Positions 1 to 10,661 of a stretch of DNA of 64,000 bases are shown here, in pieces. A model generated the notes under the pieces. The model had not been told where the DNA came from and did not search any database. It saw only the letters and a list, made by a program, of their open reading frames with translations. The first letter of the stretch is position 1, and every line of letters starts with the position of its first letter. Source of the stretch: a virus. A program made the translations under genes and the position numbers. The stretch covers positions 98,574 to 162,573 of the IMG/VR virus record IMGVR_UViG_3300045988_140174. One strand, written 5' to 3'.

Positions 1-93
1 TGTTATAGTTGTTATGGTTGTTATGGTTGTTATCGCAGATATAGTTCAAGGTATGGTAAATATGCTGCAAAAAATGTTCAAATTAGATGTTAA
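1..93 (+). CDS. Cys/Tyr-rich repeat peptide, C-terminal fragment (5' end outside window); candidate RiPP precursor core
   Basis: Frame 1 reads CYSCYGCYGCYRRYSSRYGKYAAKNVQIRC then TAA at 91-93. A radical SAM gene starts 12 nt downstream. Confidence 0.35.
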   Translation, partial: CYSCYGCYGCYRRYSSRYGKYAAKNVQIRC

Positions 94-104
94 AGGTGAA
101 TTAA

Positions 105-1541
105 ATGTTAATAAATAAATTAGATTTAATGGGATCCAGCAGCTGTGATTTAAAATGTTCTTATTGTTATATTACAAAAAATTGTTCATTTTATAATTAT
201 GATTCCGCTGTTCAAGAAGCTTGGGAAACTGGATCTTATTTAACTACTATTAAACAAGTTTTTTCGAAATTGGATGCAGACCCTACTCAAATAAAAGATT
301 TAGAATTTTGGGGAGGAGAACCTACATTACATATTAAAGAAATGGCTTCTCAAGGAAAAGCATTAGGATAGTTATTTCCAGAAGTTGATTTTGTATTAAT
401 CCCAACTAATTGGTATTAGATTAATATGCAAGCCTTAGTAGATTTTATTTACAATTTTAATGATGGTATCTCTCCTCGTGGAAGTAAATCAAAAAATGTT
501 AATTTTCATTTACAATTATCCATTGATGGGCCTCCTGGAGATTTTAATACTTATGGTCATAAAGTACCTTGGGATACTTATAAAAAACAATTTGATGATT
601 TTTGTTTTTATTTAAAAGAAAAAGAAAATTCTGGAAGAGAATTAAAAAATATTAATATTATTTTCGCTATTAGTGGAACCTCTTAGCAAAAATATATTTT
701 AAAAAATTTAAATACTTTAGATAAAATAAAAGAATTTCAAGAATATATTAAAAAAGTTTGTAAATATGTAAATGATGAACTAAAACAATTTAAAACTATA
801 GATATATTTTTAGGAACTCCAATTTGGACTCCTACGGTAGCTATTCCAGATTCGACAACCACTGAAGAAGCATTAGAATTAAATAAAATTGCACTAATGT
901 TAGAATATAGCGATTATGTTAATGGAATAAAACCTTATAGTATTGATGCTAATGAGATTCAAGGGTTTCATGCAACTTATGGAGAATTAAATGTATTGGA
1001 TAGAAATCACGAATGTCCAGAGTCTAATGAACATGCAATTACATTAATGCCTGATGGAACTATTGCTGAATGTCCCTGTACCTTTTTATAGAATTTAGAT
1101 TCTTATAAACAAGAATTATTAAATAATAAATAGTATTGGGAATATAAATCTTGTTTAATTAGAGATGGTAGTTTTTATAATCCATTATTAGGTGATGAAA
1201 AACTTGATAATTACCATAGTTGGTATGTTTATGGTGGTGGATTTATTGGGACTAATTCTACTTATGCTAATTTAAATTTAAATATGGCTTATGAAATGGC
1301 TTTATCAAGATAGATTGATTATAACTATGCATTAAATCCAGAGTTATTAATGAGACATTATATGGCTATTTTTACAACTGCTGAATGCTATCGTGAAAAT
1401 GTTAATGTGACTCATAATCATTTTTTAACAGATCATAACATGTTTAGGCGTTGGTATAATGGTTATGCCGAATTAGGATATAAAGATCATCGAGAGAAGA
1501 TTAAAAAAATTATGGAAAATGTATTAAAAGGAGAAAATTAA
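105..1541 (+). CDS. radical SAM / SPASM-domain enzyme (TAG codons read through)
   Basis: Frame 0 is continuous from ATG 105 to TAA 1539 if TAG is sense; ORF pieces 105-371, 426-686, 897-1091 and 1350-1541 share the frame. CDLKCSYC (Cx3Cx2C), GGEPTLH and a C-terminal CPESN...AECPC cluster. RBS aaaggtga. Confidence 0.7.
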
Positions 1542-2758
1542 TGTTAGTACAAGAACAAGATAATCTCTTACTGCGAGATATAATAGAACGTAATTATTAT
1601 ACATTTTTTCGTAAGGATGAGTATGTAAATAAAAATTTAAATATTTCTTTTTTCTATGATAATGATTATACTGATTATAAAATTATTCCTAATTATGAGT
1701 CATTAGAAGATAAAAATGCTAACTTTGAATAGATTTATAATAATTTTAAATTATTTTTAAATTATTATAAAAGCCAAGGGTTTAATGCTAATATTAACAT
1801 TCATGATGATAAATTTTTTGATAATTTTGAATTAAATTTATCACTATTTAATTTAATTTATGAACAAGAAATTAAATTTAAATCATTAAATTTTTATATT
1901 AGTTTATATAAATTTGAAGATTTAAATTCTCTATTTAATAAAATTAATATATTAAATAATAAATTTCATATAAATTTTGTTTTTAGCTTATTAATTTCTC
2001 AAATTGATTTATTTAAAAATCAAGATATTAATAATTTAAATTATAAATTAAATATTTTAATTCCTCCACAAATGCCGTCAGAAGAATTAATATTTAATTA
2101 GAAAATAATTGATAGTAATAATTTTAATATTGATTAGTATATTGAAGTTGATTCTGATTTATGGACTATCGAAGCGATAGAGGATTATTTAAAATATTTA
2201 AATTATTTAATGGATAATTTAAATGATTTAAATGAAATTTTCTTTACAAATTTACCTATTGCTTTACAAGATTAGCATGTATTAGATAATACAAATTGTA
2301 AAAAAAATTGTGATTTCCAAAATTCATTAAATGTTTTGATAGTAGATTTAAGCATTAATTTATGCCACAAATTTCAATTTAAAGATTTAATTATTGGTAA
2401 TTATATATATAATGAAGAAAATAATAAATTAGAAATTGTAAGTAAAAATCTTCCAACGATAATATTAGGGGCGCATTTAAAACGTTCTAGCACTCCTCAT
2501 TGTGAAACTTGTTCTTATGTTAATATATGTCAAGGTTTTTGCTTTATGCGCTCTTATTTAAAATGCTATAATCCTATTATACCTATTCAGGAAAGTTGTT
2601 TATTAAAAAAAATAAAATATAATTTTATTTTTAATAAATTAAAAAATCAAAATTTTAATATTGATAATAATTTAATTATTTCAGATTTATATAAGCAATA
2701 TTTACATCAAATCTTAAAACATTAGGGAGGGAAAAATAATGTATTTATCAATACATAA
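1541..2758 (+). CDS. SPASM/twitch Cys-cluster protein (TAG read through)
   Basis: Frame 2 from ATG 1541 (overlaps the preceding TAA) to TAA 2756, with 5 TAGs. C-terminal CHKF...CETCSYVNICQGFCFMR...C resembles a SPASM auxiliary cluster. Confidence 0.5.
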
Positions 2759-3107
2759 TAATTATTATTATTTATTAATTAATACTCCTCTTACTTATCC
2801 AATTTGTTTAGATGAAGAAGAAGCTCTAGCTTATTTAAAATATATTAATCGAGATGACTATCAATATAATAATATTGCTAATTATGATGTTCTTGATTAT
2901 GAGAAAATAATATATATTGAAGTTTCTTTCCCAAATAATGAAGAAATTCAAAAATTACTTACTAAAATTAAAGATAATATTGCAACCGGTTATGCATTAA
3001 GGAATTAGTATAAAAATCGTCTTTTTGATTTTAGCAATTATAAAGAGGAGCGGCTTTATGAACCTTCAAGCGCCAAATATTGTGGATTGCCAAGAGATAA
3101 CTTGTGA
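2739..3107 (+). CDS. small acidic protein, paralog of 25273-25539 (possible PqqD/RRE-like partner of radical SAM enzymes)
   Basis: ORF 2739-3008 continues through one TAG to TGA 3105. RBS gggaggg. Shares NYD.LDYEK.IYI.V.F..NEEI with 25273 ORF. Confidence 0.45.
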
Positions 3108-4461
3108 TATGATAGAAGATTATCTTGCTAAACGATATCAATAGCAAGTATTAAAAACAAAATTTCCTTTTGATGTAGAAATACAATTAATTTTAGCTAG
3201 AAATTGTAATTTAAACTGTACTAATTGTTAGGCTGGTTGTAATATTAATGATAAAAATGAATTAATGACATTAGATGAAATTAAATACGCTATCCCTAAA
3301 TTAAAAAAATTTTTTCAAGATAAAATTTTATAGATAGTTTTATTTGGTGGAGAACCATTATTAAATCCAGAGTATGAAGAAATTTGCTATTATGTACGAA
3401 GTGAATTACCAGAAGCCTCAATAGATATTTATACCAATGGTATTCTTAAATAGAATTGGACTGAAAAAGACTATGAATTTGCAGTAAAAAATGAAGTACA
3501 TTTTACACAAAGTTTATATCCATTAGGAGAATCGTATTTTAATAATACTTAGAAACAAGAAGAATTAATGACTAAATTAGACATTAAACATGAAATATGT
3601 GGAAATCGTCCTTTTTTTATTAAAGGAGGTTATAATAAAACAGGAAGTTCAAATCCGAATCGTTTTTTTTAGTGTTGTCATTCAATGTTTCCTCCTCATT
3701 TTTATTTATTTAAAAAATAGCTATGGCGATGCGCACCAACATTAAGTTGGGATAAAATTAATATTCCTTGTTTCCCAGAAGATTATTTAAATATTGATAA
3801 TTTGACAGAAGAACGTTTTATCGAATATTGTAGCAAACCATTAAAAATATGTAAATATTGTGGAAACTCAGATGAATTAGGATTTGGAAGTGATGAAATA
3901 ATAACTTGGCATCATTAGAAAGATTTGCCCAGTAATTATGATTAGACTTTATATGATTTATATATAAATAATTATAAATTATATTATAAGTATGTCCATG
4001 ATTGCAAAACTATTCTTCCTTGTTTTGATAATTAGTATTTTATAGATAATATTAAAGCAGAGGATTTGCCTTCTCATCCAAGTATAATGTTTTTAAAAAA
4101 ATTTAAAACAGGATTAGGAGATGTATGTATCCCATTTGATAAAGAATCTTGTTAGGATATAAAAAATTTATTAAAATTTAAAAAATTAATTTTAAATTAG
4201 AATAATTATTTAAATATAAATTTTTATTTTATTTCATTAGATGGAAATAAGCCAGCGAAATCTATTATTTATCGAATGTTTCCTCCCGCTTCTTGCGATT
4301 TAGAAGGGAATATTTATTTATTAGAATCAGACAATCCCAATAATTTTTATCAAATATTTTTACAAAATAGTTATTTAAAAAAGAAAATCTGTATTTTAAA
4401 CTATAAAGATTTATTAGATAAGAATTATTTATCAAATAAATTTAATGAAATGGATGGTTAA
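3058..4461 (+). CDS. radical SAM / SPASM-domain enzyme (about 14 TAG codons)
   Basis: Frame 1 from ATG 3058 to TAA 4459, reconstructed by hand. CNLNCTNC (Cx3Cx2C), FGGEPLLNPE and a later C-rich CCHSMF...CFPEDY...CKYCGNSDE region. ORF 4276-4461 is its 3' piece. Confidence 0.6.
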
Positions 4462-4464
4462 TAA

Positions 4465-6003
4465 ATGAGACAATTTGAATTTCCTTATAATTTTGATAAA
4501 AAATTGTTATATATTTTACAAACATTTACATCTGGTAATGATATTAATTGTATTTATTTACCTCCATATCTTAAAGATTATTAGACAATTTTACGAACTG
4601 CTGAATAGGCAGAACAATTAGATAAAATGTCTCGACAAGAATACGAAGATCATCTAAATTTTATTAATTCATTATTCCCAAATAAAATTTAGATTTTATT
4701 ATAGAAAACTAATATTTTTTTAAACGCTGAACTCGTAAAATATTATATTAATTTAGGTGTTAAAAATTTTTGTGTAGCATCTATTGAACAAGCTAAAATT
4801 ATTAAATAGATTGATTCAACAATTAATATTGTTGGATCAATTGCTATGCAAATTACATAGGAAAAAATAATAAATAATTTACAAGAATTTTCTCTTTATT
4901 TTGATAGTTTTGTTTTACCATTTTCTGCATCTCGTCAATTATCAGAATTAAAAAAATTACCAAAAAATTTTAATTATATTTTATTAATCAATTCTTTGTG
5001 TAGTATTAAATGTAATGGAAAAAATCATTGGAATTTTGATTATAAAGAAGATAAAGAGATATTTTGCCCAGGAAAATTAGGAGAAATTCCTTGGAATGAA
5101 TCTGCCAAAATTCGTCCAATGGATTTAGGATTTTTTGATCCTTATATTTCAGTATATAAAATTCAAGACCGTGGTTGGCCAACAGAAGATATATTGCGTG
5201 ATTATATTTTATATACTAGTGAGTATGATAATCTGCCTGGTATTATATACAATACAAATTATTATACCTCAAAAACTAATTGTTATATGACGTTTACTGA
5301 TGAATAGTATTTGCCTTGTGTAATTCGTCAAGCCCAAAGAATTAAATATTTAAATTCTAAATATGAATATATTGTAATGGTAGATGAAAATGATTTAGTT
5401 TCTTAGGAAGTATTAAAAGAAAATAATATCCATTATATTTTAATTCAATAGGAAATATATAAAACTCAATTCGACCGTTTTCAAAAAACGTTCAATAAAT
5501 TTAAAATAATTGATTATTTAGATAAGTATGAAAAAATTTGTTGGTTAGATGCAGATACTATTTTAATTAAGAATATTGATTATCTATTTGATAAAATGTC
5601 TACGGATTGTTAGTTTTTAGGATCTATTGATAATAATTTAAATAGAATTGAAGGCGGAATTTTTATTATTTCAGATAAAATTGATTTAGATAATTTTAAA
5701 ATACAATTATACAAAAATTAGTTTATTTGCCCTCATGATGAAGCTTTTTTAACCATATATTTTTAGACACAATATAATGTTAATCTTTCTTATATGGCTC
5801 CTTTTCATTTACATTTTTCAGGATATATTAAATTATTTAATTATAAAAATTTTCCCTTAATTAAAAAAATATTTTATGATTTATCTCCATTAGATTTTAA
5901 TAAATATATAGACACTCATTTAAATGAAATAACTAATACTATTGATTATTGGAATAAATTTAGTAATACTTTAAATAATTTAGAGGAACAAATAAATGAA
6001 TAA
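4465..6003 (+). CDS. two-domain protein: N-terminal Cys-containing domain + glycosyltransferase family 8 (TAG read through)
   Basis: Frame 1 from ATG 4465 to TAA 6001; ORFs 4996-5307 and 5794-6003 share it. GT8 hallmarks NCYMTFTDE.YLP and WLDADTI. Confidence 0.5.
5278..5610 (+). repeat. direct repeat copy 1 (GT8 segment duplication)
   Basis: About 93% identical to 7149-7490 at nucleotide level, with a short indel in the middle. Confidence 0.8.
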
Positions 6004-6010
6004 TTGTTAT

Positions 6011-7135
6011 ATGACATTAATGACTAATGAAAAATTTTTACCAGCAGTAATAAGATGCAATTAGTCATTAAAATATTATAAATCAAAATATCCATTTATA
6101 GTACTAATTCCAGAACCGGACCAATATTTACAAGAACAATTAATAAAACATGATATATTATATAAAGTTATCCATGTAGATAAATTTCAAGAAGGTAATA
6201 TTTTATTTACTTATAATGATACAATTAATAAATTTTAGATATTTAATTATGTAGAATATGATTATATATGTTTTATTGATGCTGATGTTATTTTTTTTGG
6301 AGGTAATATAGATACTGAATTTGATTTGGCTGAAAAAGAAAATTCTAAATTTTACGGATATTTTGAACAAGATCATTGGGATAATCAATTGGTAGAATTC
6401 GAAAGATTAATGGGCGGTTTATTTATTATTTAGCCAGATATAAATTTTTATCCTCAGCTTAAAAATTTAGTTTATAATAATCAATAGATGTTTAGTGATG
6501 ATGAAGAAATTTTAAAACTATTATTTTCATCTTTAACAAAAAAACATTCTGTCCCAGAGCCTTACACTCATTTTGGAGGTTTTATTAAACCTTGGGAATT
6601 AAAAAAAACCAATTTATTTATTGAATACTTTTTTTATGAAAATTTATCAATTGATGAAGTTGGATATTGGTTAGATCATATAGCAATTTTTTTAGGAGAA
6701 TTTCGAACTTTAAGTAATTGTTATGATAGATATAATTTTAATTCAAATAATGGATTTTTTGTAATTCCATAGACAGAAAAAGATATAGAACAATGTATTA
6801 ATTATTAGATTTTATTTTCAAATTATGGTCATGATTATCCATTAATTATTTGCATTGATCCAATATTATTAACCCCAGAAAATGATTTATTAAATAAATT
6901 AGATAAGGCTACTTGTAGTTTTAAATTAATTCACAATATAAAAAATAAAAATTTATACTAGCAATTTAAATTTTTAGAATAGGAATTTAAAGGAGAATAT
7001 AATAGAATATGTTTTATCTCTAACTTAAATTTTCAATTAGAAGAAAATTTAGATTTATTATTATCTCCTTTTACTTCTTCAGAAATTAGATTAAAAAAAT
7101 TAAAAAAATATAAGGATTCATTAATATACATTTAA
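6011..7135 (+). CDS. glycosyltransferase family 8 (TAG read through)
   Basis: Frame 2 from ATG 6011 to TAA 7133; contains ORF 6488-6772. MTLMTNEKFLPAV...FIDADVIFFG (DxD). Confidence 0.55.
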
Positions 7136-7136
7136 T

Positions 7137-7862
7137 ATGAAAAAAATTAATTGTTATATGACATTTACTGATGAATAGTATTTGCCTTGTGTAATTCGTC
7201 AAGCCCAAAGAATTAAATATTTAAATTCTAAATATGAATATATTGTAATGGTAGATGAAAATGATTTAGTTTCTTAGAAAGTATTAAAAGAAAATAATAT
7301 CCATTATATTTCTATTAGGCAAAAATTATTTTCTTAGGCAGCTTCTGGACGCTTTCAAAAAACATTCAATAAATTTAAAATAATTGATTATTTAGATAAA
7401 TATGAAAAAATTTGTTGGTTAGATGCAGATACTATTTTAACTGAAAATATTGATTATTTATTTGATAAAATGTCTATAAATTGTCAATTTTTAGGATTTT
7501 TTAATAAATTAATTAATCAAATGGAAGGAATTATTTTTATTTGTAGTAATCAAATTGATTTAAATAATTTTAAATATTTTTTAAGTCAATCATAGATAAA
7601 TAAAATTAATGACGAAGAAATATTAAATGATTATTTTTTACGACAAAAAAATAGCATTTTTTTTGAAAAAAATATGTCAATAATTCATTTTAGTGGATTT
7701 ATAAAATTATTTAATATTTCAGAGGGGTTTCCATTAATTCATAAATTATTTTTTACTATGTCTAATAGAGAGTTTAATAATTTTATTGACAAATATTTTA
7801 CTCAACTTAATGATATAGCAATATAGTGGACTGATTTAGTAAATACTTTAGAAAAAATCTAA
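7137..7862 (+). CDS. glycosyltransferase family 8 paralog (TAG read through)
   Basis: Frame 0 from ATG 7137 to TAA 7860. N-terminal ~60 codons are near-identical to 5283-5450. WLDADTILTENIDYLFD. Confidence 0.5.
7149..7490 (+). repeat. direct repeat copy 2 (GT8 segment duplication)
   Basis: Near-identical to 5278-5610. Confidence 0.8.
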
Positions 7863-7865
7863 AAT

Positions 7866-7894
7866 TTGATTTTTTTTAAAAAATATAATATAAT
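7866..7894 (+). promoter_or_regulatory. sigma70-type phage promoter (class A consensus)
   Basis: TTGATT - 17 nt - TATAAT, followed by atatatagaaagttaag leader. Confidence 0.6.
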
Positions 7895-7905
7895 ATATAT
7901 AGAAA

Positions 7906-7937
7906 GTTAAGGAAGAGAAAAAATTTCTTCCTTAACA
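7906..7937 (+). promoter_or_regulatory. 5' leader hairpin preceding tRNA (gttaaggaag...cttccttaac) followed by atatata|G junction
   Basis: Perfect 10-bp inverted repeat. Analogous hairpin at 17330-17353. Confidence 0.5.
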
Positions 7938-7942
7938 TATAT

Positions 7943-8017
7943 AGGTCATTGGTGTAGCGGCTAGCATAGCGGTCTCCAAAACCGCGGACCTAGGTTCGAG
8001 TCCTAGATGGCCTGCCA
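7943..8017 (+). tRNA. tRNA-Trp (CCA)
   Basis: Acceptor aggtcat/atggcct, anticodon arm gcggt-CUCCAAA-accgc, T-arm ctagg-ttcgagt-cctag, CCA encoded. Confidence 0.7.
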
Positions 8018-8035
8018 TAGATTTTATACACAGGA

Positions 8036-8533
8036 GTGATTTGTATAAAATTTTATATTTCGTATTTTTATGCAGTTCGTTTTATGAAGCCGAATACTGT
8101 GGCTTTATCAACAGCCAAGAGCGACCCACAATGGTTTCATCATGGCTGGGATAGAAGTATAGTATATGAAGATAAAAATGGCGTTTTAAACGGATTGCGT
8201 GCTGAACCATTTGTTCCTCAAACATTTGAAAATGCTGAGGGATATTGCGGTCATTGTGATAAAGACCCTGTTCATTGTAAATTCATTAAAGCATATCGTG
8301 AACAATTAAGCAATCTTGATTTTGACGATATGATGCGTCGATTCAAAAGTATCGCTGAACGAGTGGTTAAAAATGGTGAAGAGCCTGAAATTGTTTTGCT
8401 CGTCCATGAAGCACCGAATAATCCTTGTTCTGAACGCTGGCCCTTGTTTGAGTGGTTTAAAAAGCATGGGATTGATGCCGAAGAGTATCCAATTATAAAG
8501 ACACAAAAACCCAATCAAATATTTAATTTTTGA
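8036..8533 (+). CDS. hypothetical protein (Cys/His-containing)
   Basis: 165-aa ORF, TGA stop. Start ambiguous: GTG 8036 or ATG 8084. Confidence 0.5.
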   Translation: MICIKFYISYFYAVRFMKPNTVALSTAKSDPQWFHHGWDRSIVYEDKNGVLNGLRAEPFVPQTFENAEGYCGHCDKDPVHCKFIKAYREQLSNLDFDDMMRRFKSIAERVVKNGEEPEIVLLVHEAPNNPCSERWPLFEWFKKHGIDAEEYPIIKTQKPNQIFNF

Positions 8534-8558
8534 TTTTTATAAAAAAATATATTATAAT
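8530..8558 (+). promoter_or_regulatory. sigma70-type phage promoter (class A)
   Basis: TTGATT - 17 - TATAAT. Confidence 0.55.
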
Positions 8559-8624
8559 ATATTTAGAAAGTTAAAGAAAGAGAAATTTAAAAAATCTTTA
8601 ATTTTCTGGGACAAAAAATCTTAA

Positions 8625-8653
8625 TTGATTTTTTATAAAAAATATATTATAAT
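8625..8653 (+). promoter_or_regulatory. sigma70-type phage promoter (class A)
   Basis: TTGATT - 17 - TATAAT. Confidence 0.55.
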
Positions 8654-8678
8654 ATATTTAGAAAGTTAAAAAAGAAAT

Positions 8679-8754
8679 GCTTGGATAGCTCAACTGGTAG
8701 AGCGTTGGCCTGAAGAGCCAAGCGTAGATGGTTCGACCCCATCTCCAAGCACCA
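8679..8754 (+). tRNA. tRNA-Phe (GAA)
   Basis: gcttgga..tccaagc acceptor, anticodon loop cuGAAga, T-arm gatgg-ttcgacc-ccatc, CCA. Confidence 0.85.
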
Positions 8755-8755
8755 A

Positions 8756-8823
8756 AAGGCGTAAACAGCAAATTTATTTATATAAACATTTAATTTAGGA
8801 TTAAAAGAGTTGTATACGCGCCT
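8756..8823 (+). ncRNA. CAGCAA-motif stem element copy 1 (Y-RNA-like family)
   Basis: Closing helix aaggcg(8756-61)/cgcctt(8818-23), CAGCAA at 8766-71, interior about 55 nt. Followed by gtattt|G and tRNA-Asn. Confidence 0.55.
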
Positions 8824-8830
8824 TGTATTT

Positions 8831-8905
8831 GGGACATTAGCTCAATGGTAGAGCATTCGGCTGTTAACCGAAGGGTTACAGGTTCGAGTCCTGTATGTCC
8901 CGCCA
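8831..8905 (+). tRNA. tRNA-Asn (GTT)
   Basis: gggacat/atgtccc acceptor, anticodon loop cuGUUaa, CCA. Confidence 0.85.
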
Positions 8906-8986
8906 GAGTGGCAACTACTCAAAGAAAATGTTGCGGGTGGTTTTGGAGTGCTTTCCATCAGTACATAAATAAAAGTGCTCTTGTAT

Positions 8987-9071
8987 GCGGGTGTGGTGGA
9001 ATTGGTAGACTCGGAGGATTTAGGTTCCTCTGCCAAATGGTGTGTGGGTTCGAGTCCCACTACCCGCACCA
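8987..9071 (+). tRNA. tRNA-Leu (TAG), type II
   Basis: gcgggtg/tacccgc acceptor, anticodon loop uuUAGgu, long variable arm, CCA. Confidence 0.75.
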
Positions 9072-9236
9072 TTGTTGATTTTACTATTTTATCAATGTTA
9101 GAATGAAAGGGCTTCATTCAAATCGCTCAAATCGGGTTGGCCAAGAGGAGAGATAGATGAAAATAGCTTGGGGTGGAGAGTTAGAAAACCTAATAGCTAT
9201 ATTAGGTATACATAATGTAGCTATCTCATAAAATTT

Positions 9237-9310
9237 GGGTCTGTATTTCAATGGGAGAAAGCGTCCCTTGCAAGGACGAGGTTGTGCGTTCGAATCGCAT
9301 CAGATCCACC
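9237..9310 (+). tRNA. tRNA-Ala (TGC)
   Basis: Acceptor gggtctg/cagatcc with G3:U70; anticodon loop cuUGCaa; CCA. Confidence 0.75.
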
Positions 9311-9312
9311 AT

Positions 9313-9384
9313 ACCGGATTAGCTTAGGTGGTAGAGCACGTGGATGGTAACCACGAGGTCAACGGTTCAAATCCGTTATCTGGG
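9313..9384 (+). tRNA. tRNA-Thr (GGT), 1:72 mismatch
   Basis: Anticodon arm cgtgg-auGGUaa-ccacg, var aggtc, T-arm aacgg-ttcaaat-ccgtt. Acceptor accggat/atctggg has an A1.G72 mismatch. Confidence 0.5.
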
Positions 9385-9676
9385 AAATTATAGTTATGCT
9401 AGGTGAGGCCGCCAACAGCAACAATTTAATAATAAACCCTTGGTATAATATTAGACTTGAATAATAATATTACTAATAGTTAAATGAAATCGAAAGTAAT
9501 ACTATATATATACATTATACCAACAAAAAGAAATAATAAAGTAGATTAAACAAAATAAGTTAAATTGTTGCGATAAGTGCCATTATTTATAATTGGTTAG
9601 ATTTAGATGAGAGGTAGAGTTTCTTTTAATGGATTCTTCTCGTAAACACCTGGAAGATTAAAAAGAATCCTTGTTA

Positions 9677-9762
9677 TGCTCGAATGGCGGAATTGGCAGA
9701 CGCGCTTGGCTCAAACCCAAGTATTGGAAGATGTGTGGGTTCAAATCCCACTTTGAGCACCA
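9677..9762 (+). tRNA. tRNA-Leu (CAA), type II
   Basis: gctcgaa/tttgagc acceptor, anticodon loop cuCAAac, long variable arm, CCA. Confidence 0.8.
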
Positions 9763-10100
9763 TTAAATAAATACTGAAACGGCTCAGGTCCTATCGGCTG
9801 ATTGGGCAGGCGAGGAAAAGTGAGGTAGGTTGCGGTGGAAATCCCTTGAATTAGCGTAAAAAAACCTTCGCCTGAGAAACTGGAAGTGGTTTCTTACGAA
9901 TTGGAGTAGTGTAAGCGTGTGGCTGAAACATGACCACCCGCCCAATCTTTAGTATTTATTTAAAAAAACATAGGAACTATCTGATGTGAAAGGCATCTAG
10001 TGCAGTTAGAGCACAATAAAAATCTAACTCGTGGTGAGTGGCGTTAAAACGCATGAGCGCAGATAGAGGTATTTTCATCGCATACCTGCTTTATTCCTAT
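9763..10100 (+). ncRNA. unassigned GC-richer structured non-coding region (candidate ncRNA)
   Basis: No ORF. Long-range complementarity gattgggc(9800s)/gcccaatc(9940s) and several local hairpins. Sits between a tRNA and a promoter. Confidence 0.3.
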
Positions 10101-10102
10101 AT

Positions 10103-10131
10103 TTGATTTTTTATAAAAAATATATTATAAT
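10103..10131 (+). promoter_or_regulatory. sigma70-type phage promoter (class A)
   Basis: TTGATT - 17 - TATAAT, then leader agaaagttaagaaagga. Confidence 0.55.
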
Positions 10132-10410
10132 ATATATAGAAAGTTAAGAAAGGAATGAAAGTAATGTTCGACCGCTACAGCGATTATGATACTGAAATTC
10201 AGGTTGATGAATTTGTTGAGCATGAATATCTGACCGGTTGGGAGGAAGAATATTATGAACAGGAAAGCTGACTTAAAGAAAACTGGTGATGAACTCCAAG
10301 CGTATCTTCAGTTTCGACGTCGTGGTTCTAAGGTTGAAAACCGTAAAGGTAAAGGCGCTTATACACGAAAACAGAAGCACAAAAATCAAGAAAAATATTG
10401 TGCTTAATAT

Positions 10411-10488
10411 GGCCCCATCTGACTAAATGGCTTAGGTGGCAATCCTCTCAAGGTTGAGATGTCAGTTCGAATCTGGCTGGGGTCACCA
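10411..10488 (+). tRNA. tRNA-like, anticodon CUC (Glu-like) with atypical D-arm
   Basis: Acceptor ggcccca/tggggtc, anticodon arm caatc-cuCUCaa-ggttg, T-arm gtcag-ttcgaat-ctggc, CCA. No regular D-stem could be drawn. Confidence 0.35.
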
Positions 10489-10584
10489 ATGAATTCGGGG
10501 TGGTGGCCGAATTCATGAGTTATGACTAAAAAGTCAAGCACAGTTGCACAAAACAAAAATGGTGGGTTTGATCTCCCACCGCCT

Positions 10585-10661
10585 GGTCCTGTGGACGAAT
10601 TGGTAGAGTTACCACCCTTTCAAGGTGGGGTTTGCGGGTTCAATCCCCGCCAGGATCACCA
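10585..10661 (+). tRNA. tRNA-Glu (TTC)
   Basis: ggtcctg/caggatc acceptor, anticodon arm ccacc-cuUUCaa-ggtgg, T-arm gcggg-ttcaatc-cccgc, CCA. Confidence 0.7.

Noticed and set aside
8842-9117. ORFs overlapping tRNA genes (8842-9117 -, 8845-9078 +, 10712-10999 -, 12089-12307 -, 12511-13047 -, 14408-14602 -, 20009-20275 +, 20646-20936 -, 25825-26058 -, 27107-27511 -, 27556-27762 -)
   Set aside because: Each is composed largely of tRNA or ncRNA sequence; the translations are the characteristic GFEP/LEPA-type artefacts of reverse-complemented tRNAs.
9763-10100. tmRNA or RNase P RNA in the GC-richer non-coding block
   Set aside because: No GGGGCUGAUUCUGGAUUCGACGGG/tag-peptide frame (tmRNA) and no GGAAAGUCCGGGCUCC / ACAGAACCCGGCUUA boxes (RNase P) by inspection.
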